A stretch of DNA of 28,453 bases from Rivularia sp. (in: cyanobacteria) (GCA_050042755.1 JBHJJJ010000149.1:1-28453); one strand, 5' to 3'; positions 15,908 through 24,982 are shown, numbered from the stretch's first letter. Notes: generated from the letters alone by a model not told the origin. A program made the numbers and translations.

Positions 15908-15962
15908 TGTGGTACAGGCATTTTTGCCTGTTGCCAAGCAATTTCAGGACTCCTGTACCACA
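15908..15962 (+). terminator. Inverted-repeat structure after the IolE-like gene: 11-bp outer stem with a competing inner hairpin
   Basis: tgtggtacagg (15908-15918) pairs with cctgtaccaca (15952-15962). The inner hairpin acaggc-attttt-gcctgt (15914-15931) overlaps the left arm. Confidence 0.45.
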
Positions 15963-16114
15963 ATATCCCAGTGTATTGCACTCAAACGAAAAGTAATATA
16001 ATTTTTCACACAAGGGTAGTGTACAAAAACCGAACTCTATCTCAAGTTTGTGTTTATTGCTCCGAATCGAGTTACTTTAAATCCTTAAAAAACCTTCAAA
16101 AGGAGAGAAATATA

Positions 16115-16507
16115 ATGTCCGATCGTGATGGTGAAGAAATTAAAAGAGTGTTTGAGCGAGTGTATGTTGATAATGTAAGACATAAAAAGGTTGAAGATTA
16201 CGGTAAAATGTACACAGAAGAGGCGCGCTGGATGCCTCCTGATGCAAAAGATCGCTGCGGTAAGGACGATATTATTGAAGGGTTTGCACAATCTGTCGCT
16301 CACCAAGATATTGAACCTTTTTTCAAGGCTGATGAAATTAATATCAACAATGATTTTGCTTATGTAATAGGTACCTCAGTGGCAAATATTTATCCTAATG
16401 ATGGAAGCCCACCCAAAGAAGTCAAATTTCGAGCTTTGTGGTTGATGAAAAAAGTGAACGGAGAGTGGAAAATTGACCGTCAAATTTGGAATAAGAAACC
16501 ACTGTAA
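16115..16507 (+). CDS. NTF2-like (SnoaL/DUF4440-type) small protein
   Basis: 130 aa counted from the ATG preceded by the RBS aaaaggagag. Size and pattern (EARWMPPD...EWKIDRQIWN) are typical of the NTF2-like fold. The ORF-track start at 15971 (GTG) has no RBS. Confidence 0.5.
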   Translation: MSDRDGEEIKRVFERVYVDNVRHKKVEDYGKMYTEEARWMPPDAKDRCGKDDIIEGFAQSVAHQDIEPFFKADEININNDFAYVIGTSVANIYPNDGSPPKEVKFRALWLMKKVNGEWKIDRQIWNKKPL

Positions 16508-16583
16508 TCTTGTATTTTGTGCATCGACTACTAGTAAGTAGTGCGCTTGATTTGATTTGACTGGCTCGTTTTTCCACAACCGT

Positions 16584-16611
16584 GTAGAGACGTAAAAATT
16601 TTCGTCTCTAC
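16584..16611. repeat. Hairpin of the gtagagacg/cgtctctac type (common Nostocales small repeat)
   Basis: gtagagacg-taaaaatttt-cgtctctac, a 9-bp perfect stem, 77 bp after the NTF2-like stop. Confidence 0.55.
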
Positions 16612-16799
16612 AAACTCCCTATCTTCAACTGGACAAATTATAAAATAGCAGCCGTTTAATTTAATTAGGACTTAATCAACCGTCAAACTCCGATAAATTC
16701 TCCACACAAAAATAAAACTTGTAATGTTACGCAGCAAGCAAGTATTGCGATCGTTGTAAGCCCTATCAATAAAAAACTATTATTCACAAAGGAGAACGA

Positions 16800-17816
16800 A
16801 TGAGTAACCCTTCATCTTTGCCCGATATTTACCTCAGCTTTTTCATGTTTACTACAGATATGCAACCCGACGATCCAAAATATCGGGAAATCGTCGTTAA
16901 GCATATTAAAGAGCTACAAACATACGGTTATAAAGGGTTTGAGTTTCCCATTGCCCCCAAGTTTCCCCTAGATAGTATCAATGATGTAGAAAGCTATACT
17001 CGCTTGCGCGATTATTTAGATGAGCAAGGATTATCAGATGTTGCAATTGCGACTAACGTCATGGCAACGCGAACCTACGATCCAAGTTCTCCTTATCAGA
17101 AACAACGCCACGAAGCTTTAGAATATCTGAAATCAAGAGTTGATATTACTCACACAATGAGGGGAGAAATTATGATGGGTCCCATTGTGATTCCCTATGG
17201 TGATTTTCCTACCACAGATTTTAACGATCCTATTTGGAGCGATGAGTTACAGGATGAGTTAGCCCAACGTTATAAAAATGCTCATCATACTCTTAATCAA
17301 CTAGGTGAATATGCAGAGAAGAGAAACGTTAAATTAGCGATCGAACCGATCACCCATTGGGAAACTCCTGGGCCTAACAAATTGTCTCAATTAATTGACT
17401 TTCTTGAAGGGGTGAAGAGTAAACATGTGGGTGTTGTGATCGATAGCGCCCACGAAATTCTTGATGGAGATGGACCAGAAAAGTTTAAAGAGCATGTTGC
17501 CTATTTAGCTAAAGAGGGACGGCTTCATTATATCCAAGTTTCTCCTCCCGATCGCGGAGCCGTTGACACCAGTTGGATACCTTGGCAATCTTTCTTAAAA
17601 CCGGTTTTACAAGTTTATCAAGGACCGATTGCCGTAGAAATCTTTAATGCCATTCCTGCCTTTCTCAACGGCTTGCGTCTGACGCGACGCAAGTTTTGGA
17701 TACCAGGCGAGGATAAGGAAAATAAACCCTATCCCAGTGCTTATGAAACGGCTAACAACGCTATCCAAGCCACTCAAAGAGAACTGACGAAAATTCTCGA
17801 AAATTCTAACTGTTAA
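16800..17816 (+). CDS. Xylose-isomerase-like TIM-barrel protein (sugar phosphate isomerase / ketose 3-epimerase-like)
   Basis: RBS aaaggag. E-D-H-E metal-ligand pattern in the blocks KLAIEPITHWE, VVIDSAHE, HYIQVSPPDRG and IAVEIFN. Confidence 0.7.
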   Translation: MSNPSSLPDIYLSFFMFTTDMQPDDPKYREIVVKHIKELQTYGYKGFEFPIAPKFPLDSINDVESYTRLRDYLDEQGLSDVAIATNVMATRTYDPSSPYQKQRHEALEYLKSRVDITHTMRGEIMMGPIVIPYGDFPTTDFNDPIWSDELQDELAQRYKNAHHTLNQLGEYAEKRNVKLAIEPITHWETPGPNKLSQLIDFLEGVKSKHVGVVIDSAHEILDGDGPEKFKEHVAYLAKEGRLHYIQVSPPDRGAVDTSWIPWQSFLKPVLQVYQGPIAVEIFNAIPAFLNGLRLTRRKFWIPGEDKENKPYPSAYETANNAIQATQRELTKILENSNC

Positions 17817-17864
17817 ATCAAGATTCCCAATTCCAGTTCTGATTTCAGATTTGAAAAGATACTT

Positions 17865-19919
17865 ATGATCGTAGCTAGAAGATTAACTCAACGAATACGG
17901 ATTATCCCATTTTTTCTCACCATTGTTCTCGCCTTAAGCCTAGTTTTGAGCGGGTGGGAAGAAGCGATCGCCGATACTGCGATCGGTAGTAAAGAAACAA
18001 TGGGAGCCTGGGAAACTATTCCCATGCCACCCCAGAAGGATCGTATGCAATCTGTCCATACCATTCTCTTGCCCAATGGCAAAATTTTAATGGTTAGTGG
18101 TAGCAGTTTTCGCAGCCGCTACTATATTGATGAGAATGGTAAAGAGCATTTTAAAGAGGGTGTAGATCCTAATAACCAGGAGTTTTTTAATAATTCTGGC
18201 TTATTCGATCCAGAAACAGGAACATTTGAACACATTCCCTCGCCTCCTTCACTGTTATTCGATGAAGAACTAAAAGCTAATACAGGCAACGATCTGTTTT
18301 GTTCTGGTCACGTGCAGTTATCTAATGGTAATGTGTTATTTGTGGGGGGAACAGCACGTTATTACCCTGGAGGGGCTTTTAGCGGATCGAAGTGGTTGCA
18401 GCTTTACAACTGGCGCACGGGAGAATGGTCAAAACTCGACCAGATGAAAGATGGGCGTTGGTATCCCAGTCAAATCACTCTCCACGATGGTAAGGTAGCA
18501 ATTTTTTCCGGTTTAACATTTGGCACACCAAACGAAGTTAATCCCAGTTTAGAAATTTACGATCCCGAAACCCAAAAACTTCAGTACATCGATCTCACAC
18601 GAGTGAGAAATAGTCCCTTTAACACTAAAGTGGAAAATGAATATGACCAGGATCTTTACGATAGCATTGACCTTTATCCTCGCATCTTTTCTTTAGCCGA
18701 TGGAAGGCTTTTGATTAGCGGAGATGATGCAGGTATTGCCGGGGTATTGGTGCCTCATTTCAGTAAAAAAAGCTATCTAATGACTATTAATGATACTGGT
18801 TCGGGGGAAGTGTCTGTTAGTTTTGAAGTGGGGCCCGACAGAATAGAAACAACTAAAGCCTACGGAACTGGACTACAAATTCCCGATTCTGAAGACGTAT
18901 TGTTATTTGGTGGAATTATCGGCACCAATAGCATTAGTTATGGACGGCGTGGCAATACTAAAAACTTTCCTAAAGGCAGTCGAGTATCTACCAGTTTACA
19001 ACATTGGATTTCCCCAGAAAATAGTGGAGAGAAGAACGGTAAATGGGAAATAGTTGATAATTTCCTGGATAAACCGAGAGCTAATTTACAGGCTGTGATC
19101 TTACCCACCAAAGAAATTTTAGTAATCAATGGAGGTGAATTTCCCGAATACAAACCCGTCTATGAACCCTTGTTGTTGACTCCCGATAAAGATAAAGATA
19201 AAGAATCGGGCTATAAAAAACGATCGCTTAATAAGGCTCATCTTCCCAGACTCTACCATAATGGAGCAGTTTTATTGCCAGACGGGCGGGTATTTATTGT
19301 GGGAGGAAATGCCAACCGAGCTGGAATTGAAGAAAACGGAACGGTTCATGTGGATGTTTTGGGCGATCCTAAGACTTTTTTCACTACCGCGAAGTTAACA
19401 AATAAATCAGGCGAGGAAGAGAAATTTGACATCGATACTTTCTACCAAGATCCACAACATTATTACGTTGAGAGCGATGCGGGGCATTGCGACAAAGAAC
19501 TTTGCGATAAGGAACCTTTTGTTCCCGCAGAAATTTGGCAACCAGAGATTTTTAGTCCTCCCTATTTACAAAACCCAGGAGAGCGTCCTGAAATTATCAG
19601 CGCACCTGATACCCTCAAATATAATCAATCTAGCACGATTGAAGTTGACGATAAGATCAACAAAAATGGTTCTCTGGTTCTGGTGAAACTAGGATCTGTT
19701 ACCCATTCATTTGATTATGGACAACGGTTAGTTGATTTACATGCAAACCGGTTAGTTGATTACCCAGCAGGTGATTATGAGAACCTTAAATATCGAAGTA
19801 CAGTAAACTTTAAAACGCCCAGCAACGCCCATCTATATCCGCCAGGATACTACATGATGTTTTATATCAATGACTCTGGCGTACCTACCATCGCCAAAAT
19901 TATCCAACTTGAAGCGTAA
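17865..19919 (+). CDS. Copper-radical oxidase (galactose oxidase / glyoxal oxidase family, Kelch beta-propeller + C-terminal DUF1929-like domain), exported or membrane-anchored
   Basis: Cross-link Cys in DLFCSGH (18300-18302), Tyr in GRWYPSQ (18462-18464), Tyr-His in RLYHNGAVLLPDGRVFIVGGN (19254-19259), His in VTHSFDYGQR (19704-19706). Hydrophobic N-terminus IIPFFLTIVLALSLVLSGW. Confidence 0.85.
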   Translation: MIVARRLTQRIRIIPFFLTIVLALSLVLSGWEEAIADTAIGSKETMGAWETIPMPPQKDRMQSVHTILLPNGKILMVSGSSFRSRYYIDENGKEHFKEGVDPNNQEFFNNSGLFDPETGTFEHIPSPPSLLFDEELKANTGNDLFCSGHVQLSNGNVLFVGGTARYYPGGAFSGSKWLQLYNWRTGEWSKLDQMKDGRWYPSQITLHDGKVAIFSGLTFGTPNEVNPSLEIYDPETQKLQYIDLTRVRNSPFNTKVENEYDQDLYDSIDLYPRIFSLADGRLLISGDDAGIAGVLVPHFSKKSYLMTINDTGSGEVSVSFEVGPDRIETTKAYGTGLQIPDSEDVLLFGGIIGTNSISYGRRGNTKNFPKGSRVSTSLQHWISPENSGEKNGKWEIVDNFLDKPRANLQAVILPTKEILVINGGEFPEYKPVYEPLLLTPDKDKDKESGYKKRSLNKAHLPRLYHNGAVLLPDGRVFIVGGNANRAGIEENGTVHVDVLGDPKTFFTTAKLTNKSGEEEKFDIDTFYQDPQHYYVESDAGHCDKELCDKEPFVPAEIWQPEIFSPPYLQNPGERPEIISAPDTLKYNQSSTIEVDDKINKNGSLVLVKLGSVTHSFDYGQRLVDLHANRLVDYPAGDYENLKYRSTVNFKTPSNAHLYPPGYYMMFYINDSGVPTIAKIIQLEA

Positions 19920-19994
19920 TTCTTCATTTAACAAAGTTATCTGTCAAAGACAAGCAGAAGAAGCTCCTTGTATGGGTTAAAGCAACTATAGTAT

Positions 19995-20035
19995 AGACAA
20001 GGTAATTTAGCTTGCTCCCGATACTTACCTTGTCT
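19995..20035. other. Perfect 11-bp inverted repeat with 19-nt spacer between the oxidase and peroxidase genes
   Basis: agacaaggtaa (19995-20005) and ttaccttgtct (20025-20035), 40 bp upstream of the ATG at 20075. Confidence 0.6.
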
Positions 20036-20074
20036 CCAAGAGGTAGCAAAATTAAATCAAAAGGTTACAAACAT

Positions 20075-21574
20075 ATGGCACTCACAGAAGCAGATTTAAA
20101 AAATCTTCCTAAAGACGGAATCGATGCAGAAGATCCGGGTAAGTATGAAACATTACTTAAAGATTTACAGGGAAATATTTTGAAATCACATGGAAGAGAG
20201 CACAGCGTGCATCTGTTTTTAAAATGGAAATCCGATCGAGTTTATCATGCGAAAAAATGGATAAAAGACTTTGCAACAGATCCAGATCCCGAAGATAAAC
20301 AAGCCGAAGATAAAAATAAGGATAAATATAAAATATATGTAACATCAGCTTATAGGCAAGCACAAGAAGCGGCACATTTTAGAGTAACTAAAACAGAAGG
20401 GGAGATATTCGCCAATGTTTTCTTCAGTCGTAAAGGCTATGAAGCATTAGGATTCGATCCCTTTGATGTTCCTAAAGATCAGCCCTTTACTATGGGGATG
20501 AAGAATACTCGAGTTAAAGAAATGTTAAAAGATCCGGAGGTTGAAGAATGGGAAAAAGGGTATCAAAGTGATATCGATGCCTTAATTTTAATCGCCGATG
20601 ACGATCTAAACATATTATTGCAAGCTGTCAACCGAATTACTCCAGGGTTGCGTGAAGTTGCCGAAATTGTTCACCGAGAAGATGGCTTCGTGCTTAGAAA
20701 CGAAAATAATCAAGTCAGAGAACATTTTGGCTTCGCGGATGGGGTAAGTCAACCCTTATTTCTCAAACGAGACATTGTTAAAGCTCGAACCAACGATTGT
20801 AATTTTAGTCAATGGGATCCTAGAGCTTCCTTAGATATTATTCTGGTTAAAGATTACAATGGCAAAACAGAAGATAGTTATGGCAGCTTTTTGGTATATC
20901 GTAAATACGAGCAAGCTGTTCAAACTTGGGTTAAGTATGTACTGGAACTGACCAAAAAGTTGGGTAAAAATCCGAACAATATGGCGGATGCTCTCTACGC
21001 CGGTGCTTTAGTAATGGGACGTTTCCATGACGGAACTCCAGTTACTAAGTCTGATATCCCGACTCATGCTGCTGCCCCAACTAATAACTTTAATTATGAT
21101 GCTGATATTAAGGGGATGAAATGTCCATTTCAAGCTCATACACGGAAAACTAATCCTAGAGGAGATACAGGGAGAGTAGAGTCTTCTCAAAATTACGATG
21201 TAGATTTTGCGATCGAGAAAAGCCGTCGTATTGCTCGTCGAGCCATTAGTTATGGCCAGAGTAAAGACATCATGAACACTCCAGATACAGGCTCGGGATT
21301 ACTCTTCCTTTGTTTTCAAGCTGATATTGCCAAGCAATTTAATTTTTTACAGGATAGATGGGCAAATCCCGATCGCTTCGTGAAAGTTGGTGTAGGTACC
21401 GATCCGGTAATTGGGCAACCCGGTTGCAACCAGGATTCACCTGTACAACATAAATGGCCTCAAAAATGGGGTGAAGCCGATACCGTAGATTATCCTTTTC
21501 AGAAATCGATTACGATGAAAGGTGGAGAATATTTCTTTGCTCCGAGCATCAGTTTTCTCCAAAGTTTAGTTTAG
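20075..21574 (+). CDS. DyP-type haem peroxidase
   Basis: LQGNILKSHGR N-terminal block. GxxDG motif FGFADGVSQPLF (Asp codon 20738-20740). Proximal-His block FQAHTRKTNPRG (His codon 21137-21139). LLFLCFQADI near the C-terminus. Start set at ATG 20075 rather than the TTG at 20012. Confidence 0.85.
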   Translation: MALTEADLKNLPKDGIDAEDPGKYETLLKDLQGNILKSHGREHSVHLFLKWKSDRVYHAKKWIKDFATDPDPEDKQAEDKNKDKYKIYVTSAYRQAQEAAHFRVTKTEGEIFANVFFSRKGYEALGFDPFDVPKDQPFTMGMKNTRVKEMLKDPEVEEWEKGYQSDIDALILIADDDLNILLQAVNRITPGLREVAEIVHREDGFVLRNENNQVREHFGFADGVSQPLFLKRDIVKARTNDCNFSQWDPRASLDIILVKDYNGKTEDSYGSFLVYRKYEQAVQTWVKYVLELTKKLGKNPNNMADALYAGALVMGRFHDGTPVTKSDIPTHAAAPTNNFNYDADIKGMKCPFQAHTRKTNPRGDTGRVESSQNYDVDFAIEKSRRIARRAISYGQSKDIMNTPDTGSGLLFLCFQADIAKQFNFLQDRWANPDRFVKVGVGTDPVIGQPGCNQDSPVQHKWPQKWGEADTVDYPFQKSITMKGGEYFFAPSISFLQSLV

Positions 21575-21613
21575 GTTTTTTTTCACCAAAATATTTAATC
21601 CGAGAAGAACAAC

Positions 21614-24600
21614 ATGACACAGATTGAACAAACCCAAGAAGGAAAAAGAATCGTAGAGAATCGTCAGAAAACCAACGATTGGAAAAAGTGGGGCCCTTAT
21701 GTGAGCGATCGCCAATGGGGAACTGTACGAGAAGATTATAGCCCTGATGGCAGTGCATGGGACTTTTTCCCCCACGATCAAGCCCGCTCCCGTGCCTATC
21801 GTTGGGGTGAAGATGGCATTGCGGGAATTTGCGATAACTACCAACAGTTATGTTTTGCCATTGCGCTTTGGAATGGTGCAGATCCAATTTTAAAGGAAAG
21901 GCTGTTTGGCTTAACCGGTGGTAAAACCGATACAGGTAATCATGGAGAAGATGTTAAGGAATATTACTTTTATCTTGACAATACCCCTACTCACTCATAT
22001 ATGAAGTGCCTTTATAAATATCCTCAAGCTGAGTATCCATATGGGGACTTAGTTTCTGTAAATGGGCGAAACGGCAAACAAAGCCCAGAATACGAACTTC
22101 TGGACACAAAGGTATTTGAAGAGAATCGCTATTTTGATGTTTTCATAGAGTACGCTAAAAATACTCCCGAAGATATTCTGATTAAAATCAGTGTTACTAA
22201 TCAAGGCCCAGATCAAAAAACCCTAGATCTTCTCCCTACCCTCTGGTTCCGTAATACTTGGTCTTGGGGATTGTTCAATGTCGATTCTAAATTTCAGACT
22301 GATTTAGATCGCAGTCATTTTTCAGAAGAGCTAAAACAAGAATTTCAAAGCAACGGAATAAATTGCTCCGGGGTTGAAGTCAAGATTCAAAGCCAAGGAA
22401 ATGAATGGCTGATAACCGATAAAGAAAACCAACAAACCTATACGGTGAAGACAAGCCATCAACAACTCACTGTTTATCCTGAAAAACCATCTGTTCGTGA
22501 AACTAAATCTACTTCCGAATTCAGTGTAGTAGAAGCATATACTCCAGGAATACCCGGCTCTGAATCTGGGTTCAAAAAATGGCTGTATTGTCAACAGCCG
22601 CAAGAAATGCTTTATACAGAAAATGAAACAAATAAAGCTAGATTTGGCTGGGGTTCTAATACTTCTCCTTATGTTAAAGACGGCATAAATAATTATGTTG
22701 TTCGTAAGCAGAAGAATGCAGTTAATCCCAATAAAGAAGGAACAAAAGTTTCAGCCAGCTATGAATTGAATATTGCTCCCCGACAAACCAAGACAGTTTA
22801 TTTGCGACTGTGCGATTCAGAAAACTTGACAGCACCTTTCGATCAGTTTGAAACAATCTTTCAAAACCGCAAAAATGAAGCAGATGAATTTTATCAAGCT
22901 GTCAATCCTCATAAAATATCTGATGAAATACGTGATGTACAGCGTCAGGCATTTGCAGGAATGTTGTGGAGCAAGCAATTTTATTACTACGTAGTTCACC
23001 AGTGGTTGAACGGAGATCCAGCAGGCCCCACACCGCCGGAATCACGTAAAAGGTGGAAAAAGGACGAAAACGGCGAAAAGGGCAGAAATGTAGAGTGGAC
23101 TCATCTGTATAGCGAAGATATTATCTCCATGCCCGACAAATGGGAGTATCCTTGGTTTGCTGCTTGGGATTTAGCTTTCCATACTATTAGCTTCTCTTTA
23201 ATAGATCCAGATTTTGCGAAAAATCAACTTCGTCTTTTGATGCGGGAATGGTATTTGCATCCTAACGGTCAAATTCCAGCCTATGAGTGGAATTTTGGGG
23301 ATGTAAACCCACCTGTTCATGCATGGGCTACCTGGCGAGTGTATGAAATTGACGAGAAAATGAAAGGCGAAGGCGATGTGGATTTTCTCGAAGAAGTTTT
23401 TCAAAAATTAAATCTTTACTTCACTTGGTGGACTAATCGTAAAGATGTAGATGATAAGAACATTTTTTCTGGTGGGTTTTTAGGTTTAGATAATATTGGT
23501 CCAATTGATAGAAGCCATCTCAAACCTGGTGAAACCATCGAGCAAGCCGACGGCACTGCTTGGATGGGAATGTACTGTCTCAAAATGCTCAGAATAGCTG
23601 CAGAATTAGCCAGAAAAACTAAGAAGCCTGTTTATGAAACGATGGTATCAAACTATTTTCTGCATTTTCTGTTGATTGCTGATGCCATGAATAAAATTGG
23701 AGGAAATGATGTAAACCTCTGGAATGAACAAGAAGGTTTTTATGAAGACGTATTGATGACAAGCAACCAAGCTATTCAGGTAAAAGCACGTTCGATGGTA
23801 GGTTTAATTCCCTTATTTGCCGTTGAAACCCTGGATGAAACGATACTGGATGAATTCTGCTCCGAGGAGTTCAAAGAGCGTTTTGAGTGGTTTATGAAAA
23901 ATCGTTCAGACCTCACACAGCATGGTAACATTAGTATAATAAGGCAGAAAATTGAAAAATCACTAGACACACAGCAAGATTCAAAAATACTTCTGTCACT
24001 TGTTAGCCCACAGAGGCTTCAGAGAATCCTCACGAAAATGTTAGATGAAAGTGAGTTTTTGAGTCCTCATGGTATCCGTTCTGTTTCAAAGTACCACAAG
24101 CAACATCCCTTCGTTATAAATTTTGATGGACAAAATGGAAGTGTAGATTACGAACCAGCAGAATCTAGAATTAACTTATTTGGAGGTAATTCTAATTGGC
24201 GCGGCCCAATTTGGATGCCGGTAAATTTCTTGCTTGTTGAGTCACTGCAAATTTTCGATTACTTTTTGGGTGAACAATTCACAGTGGAATATCCCACCCG
24301 AAGCGGCGATCAAAAGAGTCTGTGGGACGTTAGCACAGATTTATCTTATAGGCTGATCGAAATTTTCCTCAAAAATAGTGACGGCGATCGCCCTGTTTAC
24401 GGAGGAAGCCAAACAATGTTTGGTGCAACCAATAAACTTCAAACCGATGAAAATTGGAAAAATTATATCTTGTTCTTTGAGTATTTTCACGGTGATAATG
24501 GTGCCGGACTTGGAGCTAGTCATCAAACAGGGTGGACGGGTTTAGTAGCTAAACTGATTCAGCAGTACGGAGAATATTCTGTTCAAGGTAATTCAACTGA

Positions 24601-24661
24601 TACTCTTCAAAATCAATTGAAAAATTACTCTCTTGCCGGTAGAACATCTCCTATAAAGTAA
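21614..24661 (+). CDS. GH63-like (MGH1-type) (alpha/alpha)6 glucosidase family protein
   Basis: 1015-aa ORF. N-terminal WGPYVSDRQWGTVREDYS...FPHDQARSRAYRWGEDG, then DKWEYPWFAAWDLAFH and NWRGPIWMPVNFL, which are typical of bacterial GH63-like 'glucosidase' proteins. Confidence 0.7.
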   Translation: MTQIEQTQEGKRIVENRQKTNDWKKWGPYVSDRQWGTVREDYSPDGSAWDFFPHDQARSRAYRWGEDGIAGICDNYQQLCFAIALWNGADPILKERLFGLTGGKTDTGNHGEDVKEYYFYLDNTPTHSYMKCLYKYPQAEYPYGDLVSVNGRNGKQSPEYELLDTKVFEENRYFDVFIEYAKNTPEDILIKISVTNQGPDQKTLDLLPTLWFRNTWSWGLFNVDSKFQTDLDRSHFSEELKQEFQSNGINCSGVEVKIQSQGNEWLITDKENQQTYTVKTSHQQLTVYPEKPSVRETKSTSEFSVVEAYTPGIPGSESGFKKWLYCQQPQEMLYTENETNKARFGWGSNTSPYVKDGINNYVVRKQKNAVNPNKEGTKVSASYELNIAPRQTKTVYLRLCDSENLTAPFDQFETIFQNRKNEADEFYQAVNPHKISDEIRDVQRQAFAGMLWSKQFYYYVVHQWLNGDPAGPTPPESRKRWKKDENGEKGRNVEWTHLYSEDIISMPDKWEYPWFAAWDLAFHTISFSLIDPDFAKNQLRLLMREWYLHPNGQIPAYEWNFGDVNPPVHAWATWRVYEIDEKMKGEGDVDFLEEVFQKLNLYFTWWTNRKDVDDKNIFSGGFLGLDNIGPIDRSHLKPGETIEQADGTAWMGMYCLKMLRIAAELARKTKKPVYETMVSNYFLHFLLIADAMNKIGGNDVNLWNEQEGFYEDVLMTSNQAIQVKARSMVGLIPLFAVETLDETILDEFCSEEFKERFEWFMKNRSDLTQHGNISIIRQKIEKSLDTQQDSKILLSLVSPQRLQRILTKMLDESEFLSPHGIRSVSKYHKQHPFVINFDGQNGSVDYEPAESRINLFGGNSNWRGPIWMPVNFLLVESLQIFDYFLGEQFTVEYPTRSGDQKSLWDVSTDLSYRLIEIFLKNSDGDRPVYGGSQTMFGATNKLQTDENWKNYILFFEYFHGDNGAGLGASHQTGWTGLVAKLIQQYGEYSVQGNSTDTLQNQLKNYSLAGRTSPIK

Positions 24662-24744
24662 GTTGGGTTGTTCGCGAAGCGTTGCGAAGCAATACGATTC
24701 GTGTTACCCAACACCAGCGTTAGGTAGTGCCGTTCAGCTTTGCT

Positions 24745-24771
24745 GCGGGGGTGGAGATTCTCCACCCCCGC
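24745..24771 (+). terminator. Rho-independent terminator of the GH63-like gene
   Basis: GC-rich perfect stem gcgggggtgga-(gattc)-tccacccccgc followed by an A/T-rich tail atattattgatatatttta, 84 bp after the stop. Confidence 0.7.
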
Positions 24772-24874
24772 ATATTATTGATATATTTTATTAAACGAAG
24801 GTAGTTAGAAGTTATAAGAAGGAAGCTCGTTAATATTATTTGTTCGTATTAATCCTTTTCTATTAGGAATGGCC

Positions 24875-24982
24875 GCAACTGGCATATTTTCCTTGTAGGG
24901 TGCTCGTACACTCACTAGTTTTTAACGAAATAATGAGGTTTTCGTGTCACGCACCATCCGGGGTTGTGTGACAATTGCGTAA
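24875..24982 (-). mobile_element. MITE-like small dispersed repeat, copy B (inverted relative to copy A at 3364-3475)
   Basis: The reverse complement reads ttacgcaattgtcacac...caccctacaaggaaaatatgccagttgc, collinear with copy A apart from substitutions and small indels. Confidence 0.75.

Noticed and set aside
15971-16114. 48-codon N-terminal extension of the NTF2-like ORF from GTG 15971
   Set aside because: The extension has no RBS and an unusual Cys/Tyr-rich composition. A strong RBS precedes the ATG at 16115, which gives a typical 130-aa NTF2-like size.
20012-20074. 21-codon extension of the DyP ORF from TTG 20012
   Set aside because: It overlaps the 11-bp inverted repeat, starts with a rare TTG codon, and the conserved DyP N-terminal block follows the ATG at 20075.
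21549-21887. Minus-strand ORFs 21549..21887 and 21566..21844
   Set aside because: They are antisense to the highly conserved N-terminus of the GH63-like gene, so they are treated as shadow ORFs.
22270-22600. Hydrophilic, poorly conserved-looking segment in the GH63-like protein, considered as a possible lineage-specific insertion
   Set aside because: Without an alignment to homologues I cannot show that it is an insertion rather than a normal variable linker.
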